Shown one piece after another: positions 25,300 to 36,401 of a DNA stretch of 64,000 nt. A program made the position numbers and the translations under genes. Under the pieces are notes generated by a model. That model had not been told where the DNA came from, did not search any database, and saw nothing but the letters and a program-made list of their open reading frames with translations. Within the stretch, counting starts at the first letter, position 1. Each line of letters starts with the position of its first letter. The stretch comes from Eledone cirrhosa (taxonomy: Eukaryota). The DNA lies in contig OZ024741.1 of the NCBI GenBank assembly GCA_964016885.1, forward strand, positions 47,430,001-47,494,000. The letters are read 5' to 3'.

Positions 25300-25587
25300 A
25301 TATTGCAGGGGTATATATAATTCTGGGGAGGTTGTATGATGCCTGCATATGAAGTGCAATGTTGCATAACAGTGAAAAATGGACAATGAAGGCTGAATAG
25401 AAATGAAGCGAGCATGCCGCAGTAGAGGTAGACCAAGGAAGACCTGGGTGGAGGTGGTGAGAGCTGATCTCAAATTGTTGAGACTCAGAGGAGATGACGA
25501 AGGAATGCAGAGAGTGGTGAGATGCTGTGCTGAAAAGGACCAACTAACCCATGCAAGCATGGAAAAACAGATATAAAAATGATGATT
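25300..25587 (+). mobile_element. RTE subfamily C 3' fragment with internal deletions
   Basis: LYDAC..., RSRGRPRKTWVEVVRADL and tail matching 32580-32764. Confidence 0.75.
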
Positions 25588-25604
25588 CATTTTTTCCATG
25601 CTAG

Positions 25605-26005
25605 CACAGAGCTTATCCTGGTTTCATGGCTGTTAAGCAACTGAGAGTACTGTCTATTGTACAGGGCTAACCCCAGCATTAAGCGACTGAGGGTAAAAAT
25701 AACTCTCTTTTGGCAAGATATCAGTAAGTCACAGGGCTAGCCACCATCATTAAGCGAGTAAAGATACAAAACCCTCCCTCAGACTAGATGCCAAACTGAG
25801 ACTCGGCTAACCCACAGCATTGAGTAACTGAGAGTACAAAACTCTGCCTTGGACAGAACATCAATCTGTCACATGGCTAAACCTCAGCTGCTGCTACTAA
25901 TCTTCAGCTGAATGTACTTGATCAACACACCAACTGACCCAGAAATTGAACTCATGATCTTATGATCATGAAGCCAACACTTAAACCACTAAGCTGCACA
26001 CTTTC
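25605..26005 (-). mobile_element. Old SINE family A copy with an internally amplified ~68 bp segment
   Basis: aaccactaagc head on the minus strand; repeated ggctaaccccagcattaagcgactgag unit. Confidence 0.55.
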
Positions 26006-26227
26006 AGTTTGCAGTTATACAGACCCTTAGTATTTATTTTTGCATTTCTATAAACCCCTCAAATTTTTTCAGGAATATATTTGAATATATTATTTTTGTA
26101 CTTCTATAGGACCCAAAATATTTAATTTTCTCAGGACTATAGGCCTCAAATATATAATTTGTGAACTTCTATAAGCTCTGAATATTAAATTTTCATATTT
26201 TTATATGTTCTAATTACTGTACATGCT

Positions 26228-26596
26228 TGCTCTTGGGTACCAAACAATAGGGAAGGTTGGGGGAAGGGGGTCGATAGTTTTCTAAGTTGTCTCTGTTGAT
26301 TTGAAAAAAAAAACAGAATTAGTCGTTTAGTTTACATATTGAGACCACAACCCATCCTATTTATTTTATAACATATGTGATTTCTAATAATATACTTTTT
26401 TCCATTATGCATAATGTTTTTTAATGTATAAAGAAAATTGTCGCCGGAATGCTACCACTTAAAATAAAATTTTGCCGGAGATGGATTAGCAAAATTTAAT
26501 AAGCTGGTGGGGTGGAGTGGGAGATTGGAATAAGAGCAGGTGGGGTTGGGAAAAAATCTTGAGTGAGGGTGGAATGATTAATCAAGACCTAAGAGT
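26228..26596. mobile_element. MITE, inverted relative of 14531-14845
   Basis: Internal identity in reverse complement; ends gacctaagagta. Confidence 0.65.
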
Positions 26597-27175
26597 ATGT
26601 AAAAGTCAAATTATTTAGACTATTTTTTTTTTTTTAGATAAAATTTCTGGGGATCAAATTGGAGCTGCTTGAACACATCATTCAGCCTGGGAATTGAACA
26701 CTCAATCTTAGTATCATGAGCTGAACACCCTAACCACTAGGCCACATTTGGAAAAATGTCAATTGTGATAAACTAGCTACTATCCAGATAGATATCTCTG
26801 GTCTGCTTAATGTTATGTAAACAGAGCTAAACACTGGCCTTGGGGCTTTATAAGTCATTAACATTTGCAGTACCAGTGACTGATATATCATCTGTATCAT
26901 CTTACAGACCACAACATATTATTTTCTTCTGCAGAGAAACTTCAGATATTTAAAACTTGGTAATTATTTCTGACCTTGAAGAAAATGCCTATTTGGGGGA
27001 ATATAATTTTAGTAATGTATTTGTGAGTAAATAGTAATTATATTATAATAATATCATAGCATTATTAATATTCGGTTTGTTTACAAGTAAACAGCCTCAT
27101 AAAACACCATGTGGTAGATGACAACATCGCTGGAACAAAAGTATGATGTTGTCCATCTACCACATGGTGTTTTAT

Positions 27176-27386
27176 GGTACTGAAGAGTTCCTGGCTTTGG
27201 GTAAAAGAAAATACAGGAGAATCAGTTAATTATGATTTTATTCAACATATTCCTCTCTCAGATTCACACACTTATTGCAGCGGTCCTTCAGTTTTTCTAA
27301 GTTCTGTAAAAAGATCAGAAAGTTGGGCTTCCAACCAGACCTCTGTAACAACGATCAAGCCAGGAACTTTTCAGCGCCCCCTTGTA
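27176..27386 (-). mobile_element. Internally deleted mariner element retaining the transposase C-terminus
   Basis: TIRs ctgaagagttcctggctt / aagccaggaacttttcag..cccccttgTA. Minus-strand LEKLKDRCNKCVNLREEYVE* resembles the mariner terminal KCV...GEYVE motif. Confidence 0.8.
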
Positions 27387-28629
27387 CAAGTCTATTATAT
27401 TGGTATTCATTTTACAAACACTGTCCTGATTTACAAGTGAAACTTTTATAAACACATGAATAATGATGATTATTATAGACTTCGATAACAATAATGATAA
27501 CAATGATAAGTTTGATGATTACATTAATTAAAGTTCATAATTAACGAGTTATCTAATATAGAAGTTAGTTGTTTTTTTCTTGATCTCCTGATTAATAAAT
27601 TTGTTTAGTATATGTCGGTTAGTTTATCTGTATACTAATATACTGTCACCACTTCAACTCTGGATTATATACTTAGATAACAAAATATTTACTAAAATGC
27701 TAATCAATTGCCTTGTACACTATGATTCATCATTATTGTTTTTACGTTCATTTTTTTCATGTTTGCATGGGTAAGATCAGTCCTTTACAGCATCTCTTCA
27801 CTTGTCTTTCTCCTTTGTCATCATCTTAAAGTCAGTTTCCACCACTTCTGCCCTTATCCTATGTTTTCCCATGTTTACATAGATAGACACGTCTCCTCCA
27901 GTCCAGCATCTCCCCACTTTTTTCTCTCCTTTGTCACCTCCTTTATGAAGTGTAGTTTCTTGATGTCAACTCTGCCCACTTCATTTTTGTCTTCCTTGCC
28001 CACAGCTTCTTTCCACCTGGAACTAATTGCAGTTCCTCACCCAGTCATCATCATCTGTATGTATCACATTACATTACATGGCCATATTAGCACAATATTC
28101 TCTCCTTCACACAACATCATACTCAGTTTTTCTTTCAACTCTTCCATGCATTAACATTCAACACTCTACACAGCACACTCAATTTATTTTTCTCCAGTCT
28201 CTACAACATTTTCATTTTTGTATATCTAGAACTTTTTTCTCTTTTCTTCTCTTCATTGTCATCATCATCATCATCTTACACCCACTTTCCATGCTGGCAT
28301 GAGTTGTTATAGTTTGAGACTTGATTGGTTGGATAGATTTCACATGCATGTGTGTCCTGTATCACTTGAAACTACATTAGAAAGACGAGTACAAAACAGC
28401 ACGACTGCATCACATTAAAATTAGCTTTTACTCTCATATTTTTACAGTAATCTGTCCAGTGGTAAGATATAATCATTTGGCTTAACAAACCAGTTTTAAA
28501 ATATTTCCAGCTAAATTATTACAGGATATTAAGAGTTAATATTGAAATAGATTTAGGTTAGAAAGATGACTTTAATTTACTTCAAGTAACAGTGTACACC
28601 TAGATTCAAGACATTTAGAAGTGGGCCCC

Positions 28630-28869
28630 TTAACCCTTTCATGACCACATTTCTAATGAAATACACTCTATTTTAATTAATTAATGAAGAATTTTGAAGG
28701 ATTTACTAAAATTATTAATTATTTTATTACTAAGATAGTAACTTAAAGTAAGGTTCTTATATAAAATTGTCAGAAGATTTTAATTTAAATTGGAGACCTT
28801 TAAAAAATGGCTGATTTTATTTCATAGAACCAGAGCCAGGTTTGGCAGGGTTGGTAACTAAAGGGTTAA
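28630..28869. mobile_element. TTAA-flanked MITE family 2 (relatives ~21040-21248 and 44106-44515)
   Basis: TTAA-ccctttcatgacc ... ggtaactaaaggg-TTAA. Confidence 0.75.
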
Positions 28870-29127
28870 TATTAATGTTTTTGTTATCAATGAGGGAAAT
28901 TTGACTGCTTGTTCTCTCAGATTAAGTAACCCTGTTGGCACAGAGAAATATAAATCCTGCCACTAGCTGCCTGTAATCTGACTTATTACCTCTGTCCCAA
29001 ATCTTATTGAAATATTTTTTTAATTTTTGTGATATATTTAAAAAAAATATATTTCATCATTCTGAAAAATATATAATAATAATATTGTTATACTTTGAGA
29101 TGGTCATGCTACCAATAAAACACCCCT

Positions 29128-29398
29128 TCCTAGTGGTAAGGGTGTTGGACTTACAATCATAATGTTGTGGGCTCGATTCCTAGACTGGGTTGTCTGTTGT
29201 GTTCTTGAGCAAAACACTTCATTTTAGTTGCTCCAATATACTCAAGCTGAAAATGAGTACCAGCAATAACTAGGGGGTTAACCCTACAATGGATTGGCGT
29301 CCTGACCAGGGGCGAGTTTTGTACTTTCAGTCACTTTACACCACGTAAACCGGGATAAGTACTGGCCTGATGAGCCTCCTGGCTTCAGACAGGCCCCT
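29128..29398 (+). mobile_element. tRNA-headed SINE (same variant as 20655-20938)
   Basis: cctagtggtaagggtgttggac A-box, ggctcgattcc B-box, cttgagcaaaacac core. Confidence 0.75.
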
Positions 29399-29639
29399 TA
29401 TCAATGACGGATTTCCCTGTGTTTCCTCTCTATCTCAATTTAACGATAAAGTTACAGAATGTATGATGAAAGAGCTTTGACAAATTAGTAAATAGCTAAT
29501 TGGTTGATTAACTAACTGAAGTGCAATTCAACCAGTGCATGTGTTTTTATTGGCAACAAGACCATCACAAATATGTTTCAGCATATGAATTCACATCAAG
29601 AATCTTGTAAAACAAATACAAAAGGGAAGTATAATAATA

Positions 29640-30210
29640 ACAACAAATGGTTTCTAATTTAGGCCAACAATTTGGGTGGGGCTGGTAAGGAAATTGATTA
29701 AATTGATCCCAGTATTGGACTAGCACTTTTATTTCATCAACCCCAGAAGGGTGAAAAGCGACCGTGATCTTGGTAGAATTTGAAATTAGAATGTAAGAAA
29801 GGCCATAACTAAACAATGCAAATCATTTTGTTATTCTAATGTTTATGCCAATCCCCTGCCTTAACAACAACAACAAGAATTATTTCTGATTTATGCATAA
29901 GGCCACCAATTTGAAGGGCAGGGAAAGTCAAAGCGACTCCGTTGCGTTACTGGTGCTATATTTTACTCATAAAAAAAATAATAATGGTTTCTGATTTAGG
30001 CACAAGGCTTGCAATTTTGAAGGAGGTGAAGAACACCAATGGGTTACTGGTACTATATTTGAACTCAGAACGTAAAGGGATTTAACTCTATACTGCAAAG
30101 CGTATTGTCTGACGCTCTACCGATTACTACCAATCCAACGCCCTAATAATAATAATTGTTTCTACTTTAGGCACAAGGCCAGCAATTACCCAATGCATTA
30201 CTGGTACTAA
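29640..30210 (-). mobile_element. Cluster of nested SINE family B copies and tails
   Basis: Repeated ttctactttaggcacaaggcc and ttactggtac motifs. Confidence 0.7.
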
Positions 30211-30244
30211 TAATAATAATAATTCTATTTTACAGATGTAAAAA

Positions 30245-30307
30245 ATGGGAGAATTTGCCAAGACTGTGGAGTATCACAGTTTCCGAAGTACCATTCCATT
30301 AAAAAAG
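30245..30307 (+). CDS. SPG21: Maspardin (SPG21) first coding exon, MGEFAKTVEYHSFRSTIPLKK
   Basis: Manual translation matches the recalled human maspardin N-terminus ([21 protein letters not shown]) in length and motif. Acceptor ctattttacAG ends at 30235; donor GTGAGC at 30308; phase 0. Confidence 0.93.
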
Positions 30308-30575
30308 GTGAGCCTTTTTTTAAATATTTAAAATATATTATCCTGTTATGTTTTATATTCATTTGTATTATTGTTATACTTTCATGTGAGTGTTGTCCTT
30401 CATCTTCCTGAGATGTGTGTATCATTGGATATTCTTATTTTTGTGTAGGGGATGGGAAGATAGACTCCTTGTTAGTGTACTGCATTAGTCCTGTTTTGTT
30501 ATGAGAATTAGCTTGTTTCTTGTGTTACTTTAGTATTTGTTGTGTTATTTTATTGGGTAATAATCTTGAAATGAA

Positions 30576-30692
30576 AGCACGTGGCTTAGTGGTTAGAGAA
30601 TTGGATTTGCAATTGTGAAGTTGCAAGTTCAATTCTCTGACTGGGTGATGTGTTGTATCCTTGAGCAAGACAGTTTATTTTACGTTGCTCTC
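30576..30692 (+). mobile_element. SINE family A head fragment
   Basis: gcacgtggcttagtggttagag...ccttgagcaagacag. Confidence 0.8.
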
Positions 30693-31114
30693 TCTGCCAG
30701 AAGTTGCAACCAGGAGATAGTATCAGCAATTGAAAGATCATTGGAAACATTGTTTCTTTGGTCCAATTTAATGAGTTCCATCCCACTTGGTAAGTGAACA
30801 AGGTCTGGAATCTTGTCGACCATTTCCTAATCTTCACAAGTATAAATTGTGAGAATTATATGGTTATATTTTATTAGGTGTCGTATTGAGTGTTATGTAA
30901 CAAGTGCTGTGTAATTATTAATTATTTAACAACAGCCAATCGGATCACAATCACGTGTTTCAAGTGTGCTCATGGTTTTTGCCTATATATTATGCTTCAG
31001 CTAAACGGGACACAATTCTATCCAACAGGTTCGAAGTACAGTCTGATGGTTTGAGGAGGACACAATTCTTTCTGTCACCATAGAATTACATTCAGTGTTA
31101 TTATTATTATATGC

Positions 31115-31320
31115 TTGGTGGATTGGTAGTATCGGTAGAGCATTAGACACTATGCTTTGCAGCATAATTATGGCCTGAATTCAAATCCCGCTGAGGTTAG
31201 CTTTGCCTTTCGTCCTTACAAGGTCGATAAGCACTAGTACCGCCCTAGGTTCAATTTAATCGACTTTCCCCTCCCCTTCAAATTGCTGGCCTTGTGCCTA
31301 AAGTAGAAACAATTATTATA
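31115..31320 (+). mobile_element. SINE family B
   Basis: ttcaaatcccgctgaggttagctttgcctttcgtcct..gtcgataa core and gctggccttgtgcctaaagtagaaac tail. Confidence 0.8.
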
Positions 31321-31990
31321 TGCTCGCTTCAGTTCAACAGTTTATTGTACTTCATTGTGTTGAAATAGAAATTTATAAATTACTGTTCCTTGTTCAATTA
31401 TCTACACATAGAGAAATAAACAATAAACTTTAGGTATTGTATAAGGTGTGTTTTGTGTGTGAAAATTGTTATTGTTGTTAGCAGATGGAGGGGAGGGAGG
31501 GGCTTGTTTCAGTCATTGATGAATTGTTTTATTTTCTTATACATTTGTGTCTTTTCTTTTTTGTTTTTAATTTTCAATCGATTCTGCAGGATTCTATCTA
31601 TTTGCTAAATCAATATCAGGCCTTACATTAAATATTGATTTCTTATTGAGACACCCTACTTCAGAGATAGCCTATTATTCTCTTTTTTTCTGACATTAGT
31701 CATTAAATCATGTCCATGCTCTCTTGAACCAATTTAATCGATCATGTCAACCACACTACTTATTTTTTCAAGTCTGGTACTTAATTTATTTATCTTCTTT
31801 TGAACAAGCTGTTAGGTTATGGGACATAAACAGTAAACACAACCACATACACACACACACACGTGTATATATATGAGCATGACATGGTCACCTGACCCAA
31901 CATGCCTCAAATAGGACAACACATCTAACCCATGCTGGTGTGGAAAATAGACATTAAATGATAATGTATATATAATATAATGGCTTAAAC

Positions 31991-32764
31991 TCTATAAAAT
32001 GTACACAATGCAGATCTTGGGTACATAAGAGATGTAGTGGGATAGCAGGTAAACTAACAGGTAGGGAGAAATACGTGTGCAGTAGATGTACAGGGAAATT
32101 TGACAGAAGTCGCATTGATAGACACATTATTCAAATGCAGGTAGGTTCTATGGAAGTGGTTGATAGTTTCCGGTACCTAGGTGATCAGATTAGCATGTTC
32201 CGAAGCCATAGTATCTAGAATAAGGACAGGTTGGAAGAAGTTTAGGGAGCTGCTTCCTCTGCTGACAAAGAAGGGTTTCTCCCTGCGTACAAAAGGATGG
32301 TTATATGATGCCTGTGTGAGATGCGTGATGCTGCATGGTAGTGAGACATGGGTAGCAATTGCAGAGGATATGCGACGGCTGGAGAGAAATGAAGCAAGCA
32401 TGCTACGTTGGATGTGCAATGTTAATGTATGTGAATGACCAAGCATCGATGAGTTGAGAGAGAAACTGTGTTTAAGAGGGATAAGTTGTAGTGTGCAGGA
32501 GAGAAGACTGCGATGGTATGGACATGTAATGCGCATGGAGGATGACCGCTGGGTAAAGAAGTGCCAAGAAATGCTAGTAGAAAGAAGACGCAGTAGAGGA
32601 AGATCACAAAAAACATGGGTTGAGGTGGTGAGAGCAGACATCAGATCGCTGAAGCTCACGGAGGAGATGACAAAGGACCGTAACAAGTGGAGAGATGCTG
32701 TGCTGAATAGGACCCGTCCCACCCTTGCAAGCAGAGAAAAGCGGACATAAAATGATGATGATGA
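31991..32764 (+). mobile_element. RTE subfamily C, 5'-truncated (PHD remnant + RT thumb + short tail)
   Basis: SIKCTQCRSWVHKRCSG...YVCSRC; ORFs 32181 and 32454; (GAT)n tail. Confidence 0.92.
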
Positions 32765-33169
32765 ATACTTATAAAAACAAAGTTTATGTGTTTGTGCATT
32801 GACTGCTAATGCCACTAAATAAAATTGGTAATAATCAAGGTTTTTCATGTGTTTTCAACTAATCTGACCTCTGACATGCTCGCCATAGACTTTTTCTCTG
32901 AAAAAGGAATTGGAGGAGCGAGGTGGGGAATTTTACTCCTTTTTTTAGCACAGTGACTCTGTGGCCGTACTCTTCCCCCCTCTCTCTCTCACTATCTTTT
33001 ATCTCTATCAGTATATGTGCCTCACACTTGTCTGTCTATATGTATATAGAGGAAGATAGCTTTAACTGTTGCTTCATTTTAAATTGCCACTACACTTTCA
33101 CTTGGAGATCATACATCATTCTATTTTCAAATTGGGTTTGGGCCTCAGATTGCATGAAATGTCCGTGTG

Positions 33170-34328
33170 TCATATAAAGGGGGACTCAGGAGCTGCCCAA
33201 GTACTGCAAAGTTGTGCAGTAATTTAGGAAGACGAATGGACAATGGTGCACAAACATGCATTGGAGACCTTGGCCAGAACACTGAAAGATATCTGGAACA
33301 GCACAACAATCATGGGAGTAATCAGTCATTTTATCAGGGGACTTCCCACAAACTTTACCTGTGATATCAAAAGGAACTTGTGTCGATCAAGTTTGAGCTT
33401 GCCTAAAATTATCAACGGTATGGCCATGTATCACCAAACTCAGTTTAAGAACCAACATGCATGTATAATCTCACAATGACAACATTTTTCCAGAGTTTGC
33501 TCGAAAGCTTCTGAAACTTGGTGAAGGCAAAATATCCCTTGATACTGAAGGTTGTTTTGCTACTTCATCATTTTGTACTGTTTTGAAAAGCATTGTAAGC
33601 TTTATTAATCAAGTGTTCCCCAATTTCCAAATCCACCATTCTAACGAGGAGTGGCTATGTGAGCAATCCTTGCCCCACAAAACATCACAGTGGATGCCAT
33701 CAACAAAAATCCCTCACAAATGATCCCTGGAGGTAGCCCGGCTACAATCTTGGCTGATCCAGGTTTCTGAGAAGCATGATGACAGCACCCTTCTTTAATT
33801 CAAGGTTGTGTGGCGGCATACCAGATGGTTTCAGACTTTTGAGAAATTCAATGGGATAATGAATAGCTGCATCCTTATCAACGATTTCTTGGCCTGGCTA
33901 CCTCCAGGGACCAATTGCTTGAAAGGGGGCATCTGTTGGTATTAGTGTTATTAATACGATGTTTCACTTACCACATCCATATGCATCCCATGGTTGTAAC
34001 TGAACTACAGCCTCACATTATCAAACCCAAAATCTTCGCTGAATGTGGTAAGGGAAACATCGTATTTATACCTAGAATACCTCTAATACCAACAAATGTC
34101 CCCTTTCATTTCAAACAATTGCAATTCCCAGTGAGAGTCAGTTACGCAATGACTATCAACAAGTTCCAGGTCAAACACTGCAGCTTGTCGGTCTCCATCT
34201 AGAAGAGGACCGTTTCTTAGAAGGTCAATGGTATGTAGGTTGTTCCAGAGTAGGGAGCCCCTACAGATTTTTCATATATGCACCAAAGAAAACAGATAAA
34301 AACATTGTATATACTGAAGTTATATAAA
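33170..34328 (+). mobile_element. Helitron Pif1-like helicase relic with internal inversion
   Basis: VFIPRIPLIPTNVPFHFKQLQFPVRVSYAMTINK, GQWYVGCSRVG and KNIVYTEV. YPIEFLKSLKPSGMPPHNLELKKG..IMLLRNL lies on the opposite strand at ~33740-33875. Confidence 0.9.
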
Positions 34329-35007
34329 TCTATACTATAATAAGAGCTGTGTCTGTCAGTCCATCCATCACACTCTCTATATAGAGGGAGGGAAATACTA
34401 CTCCCCCTCCCACTACCCCCCCCCCCCCTCTTTAACTAACTAAAATGTAATGTCTGAACAAACGAAAATACTGAGTTTTTGTTTGTTGTTAGTGTGTGTG
34501 TGTGTTTCTGTATGTCCTTCAACATAGAGATAACACAAACTTCAAAAAAAGACTTTCACTATGACAGGTTGTTGTTGAAAGAGAAATACAGTGAGAAAGA
34601 GAGTATATAAAAGAAAGATGGAATTTAAATTTGTTTCAAGAAAAAAAAAACAAGTTGTTGTTGAGAGTGTGTGTGAACAATAAATAGATAGGTAGAGAGT
34701 GTTGTCACCTGAAAATAAAGGGAATTTTATGTATCTGTTAACACGTGTGTATGTGTTTCTGTATGTCCTAAGGAAAACCAGACTACAACTAGTGTTATAT
34801 AATTTTCACAGAATACTTTTTTCTGTCATTTTCTTTATTACTTTCTGTATTTAGATATTATAAATAAGTTTTTTTAAAAGTATATTATGCAATATTTAGA
34901 TACCTTTTATTTTATGTGAAATGGGCATTATGATAGATGCCAATAGGTGCCTTTATGAATAGATTTGAGCACAGTACAAACTAGGGCAAAGGCAAGGTGA
35001 CCGCTAG
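34329..35007 (+). mobile_element. Candidate non-autonomous Helitron
   Basis: a|TCtatactataataagag start. CTAG|t ends at ~34793 and 35007; the subterminal hairpin is degenerate. Confidence 0.45.
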
Positions 35008-35767
35008 TGTGTGTTTGTGGGTGTCCGGTTCATTCGGGGGTAACCACAGTAAGTAAGGTACTCACTACAAAGCAGAGTATAAATATTTAATATAGAAATG
35101 GCTTCTACAGGTATAGAACTGTTTCATTCAAGGGAAATCATCATGTACATAAATATGACCATTATTGCTCCAATCAGTCTACTCACCCTCAATAAATACC
35201 CTAAACCAAACACCAACCTGTACCCATGACTACTGCCAAACAAATCATACACAGACCACTTATACTCCTAAACTTGGCTTATGCAACCAGACCTTAACAG
35301 CCACCTAATGAGGAAGACACCCGTTATCAAGCTGCAGCTGTGATATTATGTAGTTTTTATATAATTAAACCAAAGCTATTATTATCTGCAGCAATTACAA
35401 CCCCATTATGTAATAGGCCATGCTCCACCGCCTTCTGTATCCCCGTGACCTTAGACCTTCAAGCTATCAACTAAGATCATGTAATGACATTTATATAAAT
35501 ATATATTGTCTCAAACAGGACAGCCCGTCTAACCCATGCTAGCATGGAAAATGGACGTTAAACAATGATGATGATATATATATATACTGCATATGTTCAC
35601 TGGCATGACACCAGGATGGTAATACCTTACCAGCAGCATATCAACATACCAACATAATTACTTCATGTAATTATATGAGGATCACATGATGTCACATGAG
35701 GCCTCTTAATGATGTAACCATTCCATGATTACTTATCACCATGTCATTGAAATATATATTATGCAAT

Positions 35768-35961
35768 AAAATAATTTTCTACTTTTGGCACAAGGCCAGC
35801 AATTTCCCAGTGTATTACTGGTACTTTATTTTATCGACCCCCATAAGGATGAAAGGCAAAGTTAACCTCGGCGGGATTTGAACTCAGAATGGCAAGGGCC
35901 GTAACTCTATGCTAGAAAGCATGGCGTCCGACCCTCTACCAATACTGCCAATTCACCGCCA
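35768..35961 (-). mobile_element. SINE family B, young-looking full copy with TSD
   Basis: Flanked by attatgcaataaaataat on both sides; head ggcggtgaattggcag, B-box gagttcaaatcc. Confidence 0.9.
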
Positions 35962-36027
35962 TTATGCAATAAAATAATGATGTAAATGTAACTCTGTCTT
36001 AACACTATTTTGTATATACATAATAAT

Positions 36028-36400
36028 ATAATAATAATGAAATTATTGTGTACAGTGCTCAGATGCACTACAACTCATCAAGGGTGCATGTATCATACAT
36101 AGAATAATGTTCAAATGTCAGGAAAATGAACAGTGCATGGGTCATGAAATACATGTGTGCGCGTGTATGGGGGGTGGGGGATATCAAGTGCAGTGTTGGC
36201 GAATCTCAGGAAGAATGGAGGTTTTATAGGATGCAGTGTCTCGACAGCTAACAACTGATGCAGGTAGTTTGTTCCATGCTTCAGCAACTCTGAAGGTGAA
36301 AAAATGTTTCCGAAAGTCATGGGAGCTGTGCTGTTTTCTGACTTTGTAGGCATGCCCATGTGTGTTAGACACATGGAAATCAAAAAAGTGCTCAGGGTTT
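36028..36400 (-). mobile_element. CR1 3' end
   Basis: SNTHGHAYKVRKQHSSHDFRKHFFTFRVAEAWNKLP. Confidence 0.9.
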
Positions 36401-36401
36401 C

